From the human T2T-CHM13v2.0 reference genome, Homo sapiens: 64,000 nt of DNA. Both the position numbers and the translations under genes were made by a program. The notes beneath the pieces are model-generated. The model did no database searches, was not told the origin of the DNA, and saw nothing but the letters and a program-made list of their open reading frames with translations. Within the stretch, counting starts at the first letter, position 1. Each line of letters opens with the position of its first letter. The stretch lies in the NCBI RefSeq assembly GCF_009914755.1, contig NC_060932.1. One strand, 5' to 3'. This document shows, piece after piece, positions 31,365 to 50,025 of the stretch.

Positions 31365-32469
31365 CTAATTTGAAAGAAATTTATAAATTTTAAGTTTTTA
31401 GTCAGGGAAGTGGAAATGAACTGTCGTAAAATGGGAGGTTTTATATTTATTTTTGTTCCTAGTTACTAAGACAAGAATGCTATTCAAAGAAAGTGAATGA
31501 ATAGAAAATGGGAGACACTATAATAGTATAACATCAAGAATGCTTAAAAAAACAGTCTCAGAATTGTTCTTTGTACACAAAAACAATGGTGCTTAACAAT
31601 ATATTGGTTCCTAAATCAAATTTCCAGCTGCCAGCAGCCACCCTTGAGTGGGAGGTGATTTAGTGCGAGCAAGTTGGTTGCAGCATGCCTCCTGCTTCCC
31701 AGGCACCGAACCCACTGGTAGCAGAGCTAGAGGACTGTTGAGCACTTGGATCCAACATCCTGCTGCTCATAGTGCCATAAAACCATGAACTAAACCTTTT
31801 AATTATTAGAGAACAATGATCCGTAAGGCAAAATCGGTGTTCTTCCAGATGGCATTACTTGGGGCCTCCACTGCTGCTTGCTCCTGCCCTCTGGTTGCTT
31901 AGATCTTGGGGAGCCTCGTTAGATGGGGCAAAGCCTGCATGATCTGACAGCCTCAGTGAGCAGACCAGAATCGCAGGGGAGAATATGGGACAACATGTTC
32001 TACAATGATGGCCTTACTATTAGGAGAGAAGCCCTTGGGAAACCTACTTCATGTTCTGTCATTTTTGCCATTTCGGGAAACTGCCAAACCTGCTTATTTG
32101 AAGTTCATCCATATTCTTTTTCATCCCAAGCACCCAGAATACCAAATCAAAATGTGAGGAAAGCAGGATGGTACTAGAATGTGGGGGCAAATATGGGGGC
32201 CTTCAAAGCTCATATAATTAATCAAATCGACAATAAAAAATACAACTAGAATTTCAGCTTTATCATAATGGACATGAAAATGGGAGAATATAGCCTTTGT
32301 GTTTTTCCTAGATGCATTCTAAATTGTACTGTTAAAGAAATTTCTGAACTTTTACATACAAGTTTTTAGTTGGTCATTGTGCTCATAAAAATACTTTTAG
32401 AAAACAAGTGAAACTTAGGAGTGCTAATTTAGTAAAATGGCTGTCAAGATCTGGCAGACTGCCTTACAT

Positions 32470-32754
<285 letters not shown>

Positions 32755-33188
32755 GATCTGGTAGACTGAGTTAGATTATTAGGATTTCTAAAGATATATT
32801 TGAAATCAAATGATAAAATCCTATGAGTTGCTCAATATTTTACATTTTAATAAGATTGGAGATTTTTCAAATTATAAAATATTTTCTTCATGTCTGTGAT
32901 ATTTTCACTCAGCCTTAAAATCAGTACAAAAGAACTCTCATCCAAATTAAAATCACTGGATAACCTTAAACTTTCCCGTCTTGTCTCCTGATAACCTCCT
33001 GTTTATTCTTTAAAAATCAGTATAAGCCTAATTTTCCTCTATGGAAATTTTAATGAATTTTTCCTGTAGGTAAAGTTATTTTTGCCTTCCTTGATGCCCA
33101 AATTCTATCTGTCCTAGCTCAATGGATTCAATATTTATTGAATTACCCAGCATGTGTGAACCAATTACAAAATTGAAGACATGGGTAT

Positions 33189-33939
<751 letters not shown>

Positions 33940-33963
33940 TCTAAGAATATAACTGTTAGATAC

Positions 33964-34330
33964 TGTGGCAGGCAGCCTCTAACATGGTCCCCAATGATCC
34001 CACCTTTTGGTGTGTAATCTCTTCTCCTTGAATATGGGCTGGATTTACTGACTTGTTTCTAATGAAAAAAATTTGGCAAAGGTGATGGGATGTCACTTTT
34101 GGGATTAGGTTATAAAACAACTAGGGCTTTTTCTTGAGCATCTTCTCTCTGTCTCTCTCTCTCTCTCTGAAGGAAGCCAGCTGCCATGTTCTGAGTACTC
34201 TCTGGAAGGGCCTGCATGGCAAGGAACTGATGTTTCCAGCCAGCAGCCAGCAAGAACTGCAAGCCTTGTGAATGAGCTTGGAAGCAGATCCTCCCCTCAC
34301 TCAAGCCATGATATGACAACAGCCTGAGAC
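33964..34330 (+). mobile_element. MLT1 (E/F-type) MaLR LTR fragment
   Basis: TGTGGCAGGCAGCCTCTAA...CCCCAATGATCCCACC; GAAGCCAGCTGCCATGTT; GAGCTTGGAAGCAGATCCTCCCC. Confidence 0.75.
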
Positions 34331-35796
34331 CCAGAGGTCAGTAAATTGTCAAGTTTGTATATCTAGCAAATAGCAGAGCCAAAATTCCTGTCACTCAAAC
34401 TCAAGATTTCCTCATCTATAAAATGTAGTTGTTCCACATGGCCAGATGCAAAGTGTCATTTAGCTATAAGAGTCTAATGAATCTAGGTCCCAAATTAAGT
34501 TCATCATTGTCCCCTCCTTCCCCCTACACCCATCCTCTTCTTTCAGGCTCCCTGCCCATGTTTTTTTTGTTTGTTTCTTTTTTTTTCGCCTGCCCATGTT
34601 CTTGATTAACTGTCAAATCAGTCAGGCTCAAACTTTTGAAAATTTTAACGCCCTCTTTTTTTCTCCCTTCTCATGTATAAAATGAGTTCTGCACGTTTTT
34701 TTCTTGAAATTATCTTTTTCTTCTTCTCCCTAGTTCAAGCTTCTACCATATCATGTGTGGATAGTTGCAAAACCGACAGAGTGTCCAGTTTTTCCTGGCC
34801 CAATCCACTTTGTGTGGATACTTCTCATACTAATCTTCTTTAAATGCTATTTTCATCGATGCCTCCAAAAACCATAATGAGCCCCTGTTTCTTATAAATT
34901 ATGTCCCACTCCTCTCTTGGCTTAGCTCTCCAAAAGCCAGCACCACCCCTGGGAGCCAGCTTTCTAATCCCCAACACAAACCTCCTGCTTCAGTCTATCT
35001 GGCTTGCTCTTGGGCCCTTGAGTTATCCATGCTGGTGTCTGCCTCTGAAACTTTGTATTGTCTTTGGATTGTTATTTTATTGTTTACCCAAATTCTGCCA
35101 TCCATAGCATCCCAGCTAAATCCAACATCCTGCTCAGATCCCAAGAGGCTTCACTATTGCTAAAGTTGATATCACAGATCTTTCTAGACCCTTAGGGGCT
35201 GCTATTCCCCATTAAACTTCCCTATTCTCTTTCCATACAAGTATCTAAAATGTAAGTGTCCCCACTCATCCATCTTATCCTGTACACTGGTCCCCAGACC
35301 CCCTTGTGCCTCCCCAAACTCATTCCCTCACTGCTTCATTCCTCCTCATACCTTTCTGCTGTACTCTCCGGAACCCCCATTTTATGGAGAGCAAACCATC
35401 CTACATCCCCAGCCTGTCTCCCACTCCTTGCCTTAACAGAAACTTGGCTATCTTACAAGAACATAGCTTCCCCTGCTGCTGTCTTGAATTGAGGGGTGTT
35501 TACTTTACCAGTCCTCATATACTGCGGGGTTGGGAGCAGGGTTGGCCTTCTCCCAGCTTCACAGTGCTACTGCTACGCCATTGCTCTGAAAATAAATAAG
35601 AGATTAAGCCAGCTGGCATGCCCGCCCCCCATCCGTCCATGCCTGTATCATCTAACACCTTCCTGACACTCCTACGATGATTTTTTTTAAAGGCACCTGG
35701 TTTATAATCTTTCTCTCCTAGATTAAAGATCTTAAATTACAGCTTTAAAACAATATTTTTTTATTATTCTTTCTCCTTAAAAATATACTATAATAC

Positions 35797-36103
35797 GCCA
35801 TGCTGGATGGCTCACACCTGTAATCCCAGTGCACGGGGGGGCTGAGGCAGGAGATTCTTGAGGCTAGGAGTTTGAGACCAGCCTAGACAACATAGCAAGA
35901 CCTCATATCTACAAAAAATAAATACTAAAAAAATTAGCCGTGCATGATGGCATATGCCTGCAGTCCCAGCTATGAAAGAGGCTGAGCGGGGAGGATTGCT
36001 TGAACCCAGTTGGAGGCTGTAGTGAGTTATGATCGCACCTGTAAATAGCCACTGCACTTCAGCCTGGACAACAGAGTGAAACTGTATCCTTGAAAAAAAA
36101 AAC
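35797..36103 (+). mobile_element. AluJ-like
   Basis: Alu consensus with A tail. Confidence 0.92.
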
Positions 36104-36534
36104 TACTATAATAAAATCCCTCTATAATCTTATCTATCTGCACCCTACTCCAGTGATGACCACCATGCACAGCTTGGTGTGCGTGCTTCTGAAACTGCAG
36201 TCTCGAATCTACTTTAGAGGTCATTGTCTTTGTGGATTACCTTTAAAGCACCCTACCCTTCCTGCACTTTTATCTGCTCAACTCCAGGGACCTTCACCTG
36301 CCCCCAACTATTCTGTATTAGAGGGCTTAAACTCCAACCTTCCTCCCTCTAACTACAACCTCCTTTCCCTTCTAGTTGCCTCATGCTGTCCCCATACCTG
36401 CTTTTAAGGTATAATCACCCAATCTTTTCTTTTTAATTGAGCTGAAGTTCACATAACATACAATTAACCATTTTAAAGTACACACTTCAGTGGCATTTAG
36501 TGCATTCCAAGTGCTGTGTAAATACTAGCCAGTC

Positions 36535-37220
36535 TGCAGATTCAATGCAATCCCTATGAAAATCCCAATTTTTTTTTTTTTTTGCAGAAATAGAAAAACC
36601 CATCCTAAAATTTATATGAAATCTCAAGGGCCCCTGAATAGCCAAAACAACTGATGTAGAACAAAGTTGGAGGGGTTCACACTTTCTGATTTCAAGACTT
36701 ACTACAAATCTACAGTAGTCAAAACAATATGGTACTAGTGTGAGGACATATAGACCAATGGAATAGAATAGAGAGCCCAGAAATAAACCCTCACATATAT
36801 GGTCAATTGATTTTCAAGAAGGATGCCAAGACCATTCAATGGGAAAAGGACAATCTTTGTAACAAATGGTGCTGGGAAAACTGCATATCCATATGCAAAA
36901 GAATGAAGTTGGATTCTTACCTTACATCATATATACAAATTAACTCAAAATGGATCAAACATCTAAAGGTAAGACCTACTCTTAGAAGAAAATGCAGGAG
37001 AAAATATGACATTGGATTTGGCATATTTGTTTGATGTGATACCAAAGACAAAGGTAACAAAAGAAAAAACCAACAGTGGACCCCATGAAAACTAAAAACT
37101 TTTGTGTGCCGAAAGACACTATCAATAGGGTAAAAAGGCAACCTACATAATGGGAGGAAATATCTGCAAATCATATATCTGATAAGGGATATGTTTGGGA
37201 TATTTCCAGAATATATAAAT
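36535..37220 (+). mobile_element. L1M ORF2 fragment (decayed)
   Basis: ORF 36807-37034 ([24 protein letters not shown]...INSKWIK) is L1 ORF2p-like; stops and frameshifts around it. Confidence 0.9.
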
Positions 37221-37336
37221 TACTTTTTAAAACAAAAATATACTATTTTTGTGAGGTAAAAGATAATTAAAATTTAGAGGTTTACTCTCTCTATATATAT
37301 ATGTATTTGTATATGTGTGTATGTGAGTATACAAAT

Positions 37337-37478
37337 AGACCCCAACTTATGATGGTTTGACTTACAATTTTTCAACTTTATGATGGGCTTATTAGGGTAG
37401 TAAATGCATTTTTGACTTAGACTATTTTCCATTTACAATGGGTTTATTGGGATGTAATCCCATCATAAGTGGAGCATC
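37337..37478 (-). mobile_element. MER47/Tigger5-like DNA transposon
   Basis: ACTTATGATGG...AAATGCATTTTTGACTTA...CCCATCATAAGT-GGAGCATC resembles the Tigger5 termini. Confidence 0.65.
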
Positions 37479-37931
37479 ATTTGTTTTATAGAATATATAT
37501 GTTGAGGAAGACATATATAAGTTAGTATAATAAGCATCATGAGATTAGTGGCCACATCTGGCATATGTAACATTTTTTCCCACAGTGCCTTGTAACACAA
37601 TCTTGACCCACAGTAAGTTTTCAATATTTTTTAAAATTAAATGAATGAATGACAGAGAAAGAATATTCTGTTTAATCCCTACATTACTACCAGCATTATT
37701 TTTCTAAAATTCAGATCTGTTTGTGCTGTTCCTTGTTTAGAAATATTGTGTGACCTCACAATGCCTTTAGAATCTGGTATGAACTCCTTAGATGGTGGGC
37801 AGACCTTCCCTCCATCTGTTCTCATGCTCAGCCCCCACATGGTACAGTAGAAAAGTGGCTTCAGCTTTCATGTACCTTGGTCAAATAGGGGCAATAGACA
37901 CTACCTCAAGGATTGTTGAAAGGATTAAATG

Positions 37932-38548
<617 letters not shown>

Positions 38549-39787
38549 ATTAAATGAGGTGTCACCTGAAAATTTCCAGTGTATAGTTGTGATGAGTCAA
38601 TTAACGTGTTTCCTTTTCACCCTCCTGCATGCTGCTCTTCAGCACACTATACTCTTCACACTTTCAGAGTGTACATGTAATTTCACTTCTCCATATTTTG
38701 TTCATGCTTTCCCCACTGCTTTGTGTGTGTCTTCCCCATCTTCCACCTCTCTATAAAAATTAAATGAAAGCTTCAAGACAAGTCTCAAATTGCACTTAGT
38801 AAAAGCTTTCTGACTCCCCCAGGAGGGCTTAATTCTTTTTTTATGCTTTCATGTAATTTTATAAGACAATTTCTAAGAAACTTTCATAGACTATCTTATA
38901 TTACAGTTATTTGTGGACACAACTTGTGGACATGTATCTTAAGAGCCCAACACAATATTAGTTAAACTGAGTTGATTTTTTTGACCAGGAAATTTGGATC
39001 TTAAATCTCATAACTGAAATATATCATGAAATCATCCAAAGCATGCTCTCTCTATACATAGTTCCTCTCTTTATGTGATAACACCCAGCCTGGCAGTATA
39101 GCACCCTTGCCACCCACAGCTCTCTGGAAGGTACAGCTGTACAAGATAACATGAGGTAATGTGACTTCTGGGGATAGGTGGTGGTGGGGAAGCCCATCAC
39201 TGCTTAGACCAGCGTCGAACATGCCTGACCCAGGTGGAGTAAATTATTTGCTCAGAAATGACTTGTGTGGTCCAGGTTCTCTCAGAGGAGCCAGGCTAGT
39301 TCATGAAGAAGAAGTTTAGTGTGTATTGCCAGTTGATTGTGAGTACTGGAGCTCAGTGGTCTTCCTTGTCTAGATCCAGAAAGAGCAGCCATGTTGTGCC
39401 TCACACAGGATGAAGGAGCCGAGGAAGACAGACAGAATGTGGGAGAGGCTGGAGCTGGCTGAGAAGCAAAGACAAGGGGGACACAGAGGGACAAGCCACC
39501 CTGTCCCTGAGAATTCCCCAGTTTTCTGGCCAATTTGGGTGAAACCCAGCAACTCTTTGTGTTCCATCCGTCGATACTGTGAGGTCTCTCTATACACTCA
39601 GTAAATGCTCCTTTTTACCTCACTGGACTAATGCTTTTTAGAGTCACATGCATGCTGACTTCAACAAAGCAAATTGTTTATCTGAATCAACTCTGCCGTG
39701 TACCATGTCCAGTCACTTGAATTTCTATTTCATCTTTGACTCTCCATTTGCTAATTATGACTTTGGGCAAATCTTTTGTTCACTCTG

Positions 39788-40176
39788 TGTATTTGTCCAT
39801 TTTCACATTGCTGTAAAGATACTGTTGAGACTGGTATCTTTATAAACTGGTAATTTATAAACAAAAGACGTTTAATTGACTCACAGTTCTGCATGGCTGG
39901 AGAGGCCTCAGGAAACTTACAATCATCTTGGAAGGAAAAGGGGAAGCAGGGCGCATCTTACATGGCAGCAGGCAAGAAGAAGAGAAAGGGGTAAGTGCCA
40001 GATACTTATCAAACAAGCCCATCTCATGAGAACTCACTATCACGAGAACAGCAGGGGGAACTGCCCTCATGATCCAGTCACCTCCCACTAGGACCCTACC
40101 TTGACATGTGGGGATTACAATTTGGATTGCAATTCAACATGAGATTTGTGTGGGGACACAGAGCCAAACCATATCA
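39788..40176 (-). mobile_element. MSTA/THE1-type MaLR solo LTR
   Basis: TTTAATTGACTCACAGTTCTGCATGGCTGG...GAGAACTCACTATCACGAGAACAGCA...GCCAAACCATATCA; CTCTG TSD. Confidence 0.9.
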
Positions 40177-40567
40177 CTCTGTGTCTCAGTTTCTTTAGTA
40201 GGTAAAATGCAATAATTTCATATGGTGCTTTATCAATTTCCATACATTATCTCATGTGAATTTTTAAAAAGTTCTTATGATACAGGCTAAGAATTTTTCC
40301 CCATGTTTTACAAACAAAGGAACTTTCCCAAGATCTCACAATTAAGTCCTAGTGAAATGGGACTCAAACACCAGTCTCTGACTTCTATCTACTCAGGTGG
40401 TCATCAACTCTACCTCAGAGAATATAAATTTTTTTTTAATGGTAAGTCTTTGCAGATTGATTAAGATCCCCTTGAGAATTTTTGGTAAAAGACTTTGAAG
40501 TCATAAGAGGTAACAGTGACTTCATATTATATTTGTATGAGTCCTGTTTCAAAATATATTGATAATG

Positions 40568-40920
<353 letters not shown>

Positions 40921-41796
40921 CTAGAGTGGAGATCTGTAGTTCTAATAAAGTACTTTATTTCTAAAAATATGCATAATACTTGCCTGTGTCATGGGCTTCA
41001 TGAAGAATTCCAGTTACTATCTGAAAGTTTAATTGCAAGGTTTGGAGCTCAAGATGTTACTTATCCTCATGGGCAGTACCTGTTACTTCCCCACTGTAAA
41101 ATATGCTAGCTCAGGTCACAAGGAACTTTGAGTGCTAGGATAGTACCCCACGGTCCAGTTCCCCAGAACTTCTTCCCAGTGTCTCCACAGCCACTCACAC
41201 AGCCTGAGCAGGTCTTGCCACTGGCAGCTCTCTTCCCCTACTTCCTCCAGGCCAGGGGTTGGCCTGATTCTGCTTAGAGCCTGCATGCGGCTCCCTCAGA
41301 GCCTTGGGGTGGCCAATCTTTGCTGCTTCCCAGAACCACCTTGTACTCTTCCATGCAGAGCCCTGTTGAGTCACCATGCCTTCCTCCAGCTGCTGCCACA
41401 GACCACATGGCTTCTTTCTCAATTAACTCTGAAAGAGAAAAGTACGTTATGCAAACCAGGTGGGAGCACAAGAGCGCAACCCCCTTCCTCCCCAACACAG
41501 AGAAGCACACTGGGGCTCCTTGTGTAATTTAGAGGTTAACTAACACATCATGTTGCAATTGTGCCTATGTGAAAAAGAAATGGAAGGAGGAACCAGGTTT
41601 GGAGCTGATTCTCTGCTGCAAGGGCTTACCCTCAGTCTGACCTGTGCAGTAAGACTGAGAGAAGCACTAAGGGTATGGCTGGAAAAGATCATAATATTAA
41701 AACTATTTTACTATAATGATGATAGCTACCATTGTAGTGATATGCAATAATATTAGTAACACTGAAGTCTTTACTATATGCCATCCTGTGTGTTAA

Positions 41797-42136
<340 letters not shown>

Positions 42137-42311
42137 ATGTAAAGCCTTTAACATAGTGCCTGGCACAAAGTAAGTGCTCAATAAAAGATAATCATAGCAT
42201 TATTATTTTGTTTATCTTCACAGCCATCCTGAATTATTTGACAAGCCTTTGCTCTTCAGTCAGTCGTTCCTTTAGGGAATGTTTATTGAGCCTGTACTAT
42301 TTACCCAGCAC

Positions 42312-42727
<416 letters not shown>

Positions 42728-42936
42728 TGAATGCCCTTTCGGACATGGGTTCCAATCTGGCTTAACCACTATCTTTCTGGGTAACTTTGAGCATGCTTCT
42801 TAAGCTTTCTGAGCCTGAGTTTATTCAACTGTTAAATATGTACAATAATTTCTATGTCATAAGATTGTTGATAGGACTGGAAACACATGCAAAGGGCTTA
42901 GCCCAGCTCAGTGTTCATACAAGGAGAAGCTCCTCA

Positions 42937-43549
<613 letters not shown>

Positions 43550-43854
43550 TTACTATAGAACTTGTATATGTATTCTTGAAAAAGAATTCAAAGGGAGAAC
43601 CTCTTCCCAGGGTCACAGAGTGATCAGTGCCACAGCTTGGACTTGGAGCCTTAGCTTATCTGCCATCTTCCTACTGCATCAAAGCAGAGATTGCCACGTG
43701 ATTGCCCAGTGTGATTGAAAGTTTGAAGTCCGTATTTCTCTGAAAACTTTGGTGTATCTAGATTCTGTATGTCTCTTGGACAGATGAAGAGCTGCTGTAC
43801 ACAGAAGGGAGATTTTTTTTTTTAATTGAGGAATCTAACTCAAGAATAAATTCA

Positions 43855-44166
<312 letters not shown>

Positions 44167-44839
44167 TTAGAAATCTTCAGACACTTGGCATAACATGAAG
44201 TTAAAACAACACCCCACTTAGTTCCATGATATTTCTGATGAATAAGAAATATGACACCACAGAGTGAAACCAATATTTTTAAAAACCTCCTGAAGAGACT
44301 TTTTTTCTTTGTTGATTACCATCCAGAGACAACATTTGTTTGAAACTTTGAACAGAATCAGTTTGTAGGGATGAAACCCTCATTCTTCCCCGCCTGGGCC
44401 CAGACTTTCCATATCTTGTACTCTGAGAACCTTAAAGTCTTGAAATGATTTGCAGTCCCAGCGAAGAAGCTAAAATCAAAACTGATTTGGGGAAAAACCG
44501 TTTACTTTCTGACCTCTTTGTACTCTTCAGAGAATTTTTGTATGCTTGTTTATTTTCTTAATGTCTCTTGGTAATGTTTTTTCCTGTTTTGGTTTCATAT
44601 ATGAAATGTTCCATCTGTGTATTCATTTTCTGGATTTATTCCCTAGAATTTTAAGTAAGAGTGTTTCTCAAACTTTTTTTTTACTCCAACCCACAATAAG
44701 AAATATATTTTGCATGTTAACCTAAATACACATATATTTACATATATATCTAAAACAAGTTTCATGAAATAATACTCTTGCAATGAGGTATGCACTATGG
44801 TTTTTTAAAATTCTATTCCACTTTATATATACAAAAGTT

Positions 44840-45390
44840 GGGACAGAGGTTCAGGAGCAGGGAAGGGATGAATAGGCAGAACACAGGGCACTTTTAGGGC
44901 AGTGATAGATGCATGACATTATACATTTATCAAACCCCACAGAACTGTACAACAAAAGAGTGAATCCTCATGTAAACTGTGGACTTTTTATTATTATTTT
45001 TTAAGACAGGGTCTCACTCTGTCACCCAGGCTGGAGTATAGTGGCACAATCTTGGCTCACTGCAACCTCCACCTCCTGGATTCAAGTGATTCTTGTGCCT
45101 CAGCCTCCTGAGTAGCTGGGATTACAGGTGCACGCTACCATGCCAGGCTAATTTTTATATTTTTAGTAGAGACAGGGTTTCACCATGTTACCCAGGCTGA
45201 TCTCAAACTCTTGGCTTCAACTGATCTGCCTGCCTCGGCCTCCCAAAGTGCTGGGATTATAGGTGTGAGCCACCCACCATGCACGGCCAAACTATGGACT
45301 TTGGTTAATGCTAGTGTATCAATATTAGTTCATTAATTGTATCAAATATACTTTCTGTGCAATTTTTGTGTTAACCTAAAATTGTTCTAG
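44840..45390. mobile_element. L1MC 3' fragment (+) interrupted by an Alu (-, 44986-45288)
   Basis: GGGATGAATAGGCAGAACACAG, GTGAATCCTCATGTAAACTGTGGACTTT; TSD AAACT-TGGACTTT. Confidence 0.85.
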
Positions 45391-45532
45391 AGCATATTAT
45401 AAATATTTGTAAAAGTAAAACACGAAGTTGGATTTAGCCTACTAAAATTGACTTTACTATCCATTAATGACTTGCTTTCCATGGTTTGAAAACTTGTGGC
45501 CGTGGCCTGGTGGGGAGTACCCTGGGTTTCTC

Positions 45533-45597
45533 TTAGGTTGGTGCAAAAGTAATTGCGGTTTTGCCATTAAATGGCAATTACTTTTGCACCAACCTAA
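45533..45597. mobile_element. MADE1 mariner (Hsmar1-derived) MITE
   Basis: TTAGGTTGGTGCAAAAGTAATTGC and its perfect reverse complement 17 nt apart. Confidence 0.95.
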
Positions 45598-46599
45598 TAA
45601 CTACATCCCAGCCTCTGTCACTCTATAGAGCCTGCCCTTCAACAAGCCACATAATAATGTCTCTCAGCTTTCTCATCTGAAAAATAGAGTGTTTGATCAG
45701 ATGAATGCCAAGGTCCTTTCCAGATCCAAAATATTATACCTGTAAGTATAAATTCTCATTTTAAAATGTCTTAGAGTAAAAGAAAAGTCATGAAGCATGA
45801 ATTGTAAATTATGTGCATGTTATTTAGGCATGTTTTATGTTTTATAGGCATCAAATGGGTACTTTTCATCTTATTTAAAATAAGTAAAATGAAAAGTAAT
45901 TGTTCTCCAGCAAAATATATAAATTACATTTCTCTCTGAGTTCCTGATTCAAGATCTCTGTAGAAGAAGAATAACAAAGAACACCTAGGAATGATACAAA
46001 TGATACTTTCAATTTTGGCACTTGTCTGCCCTACTGCCATGTCCTCATGAGAGTATCCCTGAACTCAGTTCTCGTTGGTCATTTGACGTTTGCTGGGAGC
46101 GTACTATGGGCGAGGTCTTATGCTGAGGGTGAGCCTAGTGGTGTCTCACTTCTTGTAGCTTGGGTCAGGAAATGGAGATCAGCTACTGTATCCCAGAACC
46201 TTCTTGCCTTCCCAGTCCCAAGGCAGGTGCTGTGGGAAGAGTGTGTATAAGGTCTGATGGGGACAGACCTGGGGTGAATCTCAGTGGCACTTCTCAACAG
46301 CTATAGATCCCTAAGTAAGTTATCTAATCATCATCCCCACAGTGTTCTCAGATGAAAATGGGGGGTAATACCCCATCTCATAGGAGTTTAAAAGGATTAA
46401 ATAGGGAATGTAGCTATCATCTTGTGCCTGGAATTCTGCAAAGCATATGAAGGTGCCCTTGGAACTTCCTTCCCATTTTTCATATTTGCTCTGCCACCTC
46501 TACACCCAGCCCCGCTTTCTGCAACCAATTGTATTATAACCCCCTCCCAAACACTTAGTGCATCCTCCCACTCATGTAATTTGTTTACCTTGTTTTCTA

Positions 46600-46888
46600 T
46601 TTATTTCTTTTGAGATGGGGTCTCTGTCAGCCAGGCTGGAGTGCTGTTGCATGATCTCAGGTCACTGCAACCTCTGCTTCTTGGGCTCAAGTGATCCTCT
46701 TGCCTCAGCCTCCTGAGTAGCTGGGACCATAGGCACACACCATCATGCCCAGCTAATTTTTTGCATTTTTGTTAGAAACGGTTTCACCAGGTTTCCCAGG
46801 CTTGTCTTGAACTCCTGAGTCAAGTGATCCGTGTGCCTCAGCTTCCCAAAGTGCTGGGATTACAGATGTAAGCCACCGTGCTTGGCCT
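46600..46888 (-). mobile_element. AluJ-like
   Basis: Antisense Alu. Confidence 0.92.
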
Positions 46889-47314
46889 TACCTTATTTTC
46901 TAAGAACTGATGACCATAAGTAAGTTTTGGCACACACCACTTTGTATGCTTCGTCTCTCATCCCACATGTCCGTGGAGATAAACCTCATTGACATGGAAC
47001 CTCAGAGGCAGCTTGCAGAAGGAATAATACATCACAACAAGATGGCAACACTCTTTAAGAGCTGCATTTCCAGTCCTCTGGCTTTGTTTCAGTGGGGCTG
47101 CTTTTAGGTTGATTGAATAACTAGCAGCAACGATAGCACCTAAATTATTAGTTAATGAAAGTCTGTAATTTGCTAGGCATGTGCTAACCAGTTTACATAA
47201 ATCATCTGAAAGCCTCACAATAACTTTGAAAGGCTAGGTTTTCCCTTTCACAGATGAAGAAGTTGAATATTTGATTTATTTATTCATTAAGGAAGAGATT
47301 TTTAAATAAAAATA

Positions 47315-47440
47315 ATTTTTTTGTAGAGATGGGGATTCCCTATGTTCCCCAGACTGGTCTCGAACTCCTGGGCTCAAGCTATCCTCCTGCCTCAGCCGCC
47401 AAAACTGCTGAGATTACAGGTGTGAGCCACCATGCCCAAC
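47315..47440 (-). mobile_element. Alu monomer (FLAM-like)
   Basis: Antisense left arm. Confidence 0.85.
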
Positions 47441-47626
47441 TAAGGAACAAATTTTAATGGGTGCTTCTTATGTGAAAAACATGGGATTAGACACTGGGGA
47501 TAGAAAACCGAATGACACATAGTCCTTGCTGTTAGGAAATATATGGTCTGTTGGGAAATCTGGCAGATCCACAGACAATTACAATCCTGAGGTAAACCTT
47601 GGGAAGGGTTAGAAAATACAGAAGAT

Positions 47627-48365
<739 letters not shown>

Positions 48366-48574
48366 GAAGCCTCAGGTCTTTTCTTAAACCTAGTTAATCT
48401 GAAGTCTGTCCCCTACCTTCCCCAACCCCCACACCAGATTAACAAACCTAGAGCAATTCCTCCAAATCTCCATAAGTACTTTCCTGCCCTCAGTTAACTA
48501 AGCTAGTAAATACCAATGCCCAAGGACCATGTGAATCTTAACAGGACCCTCCCACAGACAACATGTACTGAAGC

Positions 48575-48700
48575 TGGGAGGACCATATAGTTTATCACAA
48601 AAATGAAGACACTTTTGAGACTGAAAGGGGCCCTATTAACAATTATTCCAGGATAACAGGTATAAACTAGGTATGTCCTAGCAACCTGGGACACAGGTTT
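48575..48700. mobile_element. MER96-like hAT fragment
   Basis: GACCATATAGTTTATC...GACACTTTTGAGACTGAAAGGGG motif. Confidence 0.5.
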
Positions 48701-49979
48701 AGGTTAAGTATAACCTAAAGGAAGGCCTGTAACGAAAAGACTCAGGCTGAATGCTAACCAGTGGGGAAAACACTGGGGGCAGTAGTTCCTTGATGTCCCT
48801 CAATCCTCTCCACTAAGCAGTGACATGGGCTTAAATCTGGGGCCTACTTTCCCTAAGCTCAGGGAAGCACTGCCTGACAGTGGACTGTGGGGGTGGGGGA
48901 TGGTTGCTCTAGCAACAATCACAGAGGTCCCTTTGGAATTGTTACCAGGGTGAACTCACCAGCCAGGGGAATACCCCAGAAAGAGCTGCCAGTAGGAGGA
49001 GGGCCAGCCTCACTGGTGATTGGAGTCCAGCAGTCCCACTGATTGGGAGTGCTGAGCCAAGCCCATGTCGTGCTTCGCTGATGCATGGCTGGGCTGAAGA
49101 AAGAGCTCTTTGAATTTTTCATAGAAAAGACTGGTGCCCAAAAGGCCAGGGCTCGAGAATGAGGCTGCCTCAAGCACAGTGCTTGGCAGGACACCAGGGC
49201 TGAAAGGTACAGCAAAGTCCTCCCAGAATCGCTTGTCAGAGCAGGGATTTGCATCACAGACTGGCCACTGCAAAGACAGATGGGAACTCACAGGTTTTGT
49301 GTGTGTGTTTGTGGTTCACTGCTGATGGACGCATGTCAGAAGCCACCTGAGCCTTGGCCCAGCCTTCATGTGGAGTGAAAACCCAGACCTGTGTGAGCAG
49401 CAGGTACTTGAAGCAAGAGAAGCAAGGCCGAGCCTCCAGGGCTTTGTCAGAGGCTCCTTCCTTCCTGGAATCCAATTGTACAACCAGGAGCCAGAGGTCT
49501 TGGTGGCCGGATGTGGGTCTAATCCTGGTTCCATGGCCTCCCAACTGAGTGAATGAGATTATAATGATAAAATATAATTTACTGTGTACCCGGCACTGCC
49601 CTAAGCACTTTGTGTTTCTTATCTCATTTACTCTTCACAGAAACTCTTGGTACTATTACTATACTTGATTTCTAGAGAAGAAAACTGCGGCACAGGATAG
49701 AGTTGGTTTGCCAAGGTCAGGACATACACCTCACTGTGTGAGGTTAGAAACTGAGCACTGGACCCCCATCCTACGCTGCCTGTTTCATGAATTGTAAAAG
49801 GGGGGATAAATGTAGCACCTCCTCCCTAGGTTGTTGTGATATTCAAGTGGGATAATCCATTTACAGCATGGGCATGGTGGCTGCATGTGAAACAGTGGGA
49901 GCTACTGTCAGTTTGATTAGTTCTGGCCTCTCTGCAGCCTTGCTACTCTCTGTTTATTCTCAGCAGCCTTCAGACAATT

Positions 49980-49994
49980 TTCTTTTCTTTTCTC

Positions 49995-50025
<31 letters not shown>

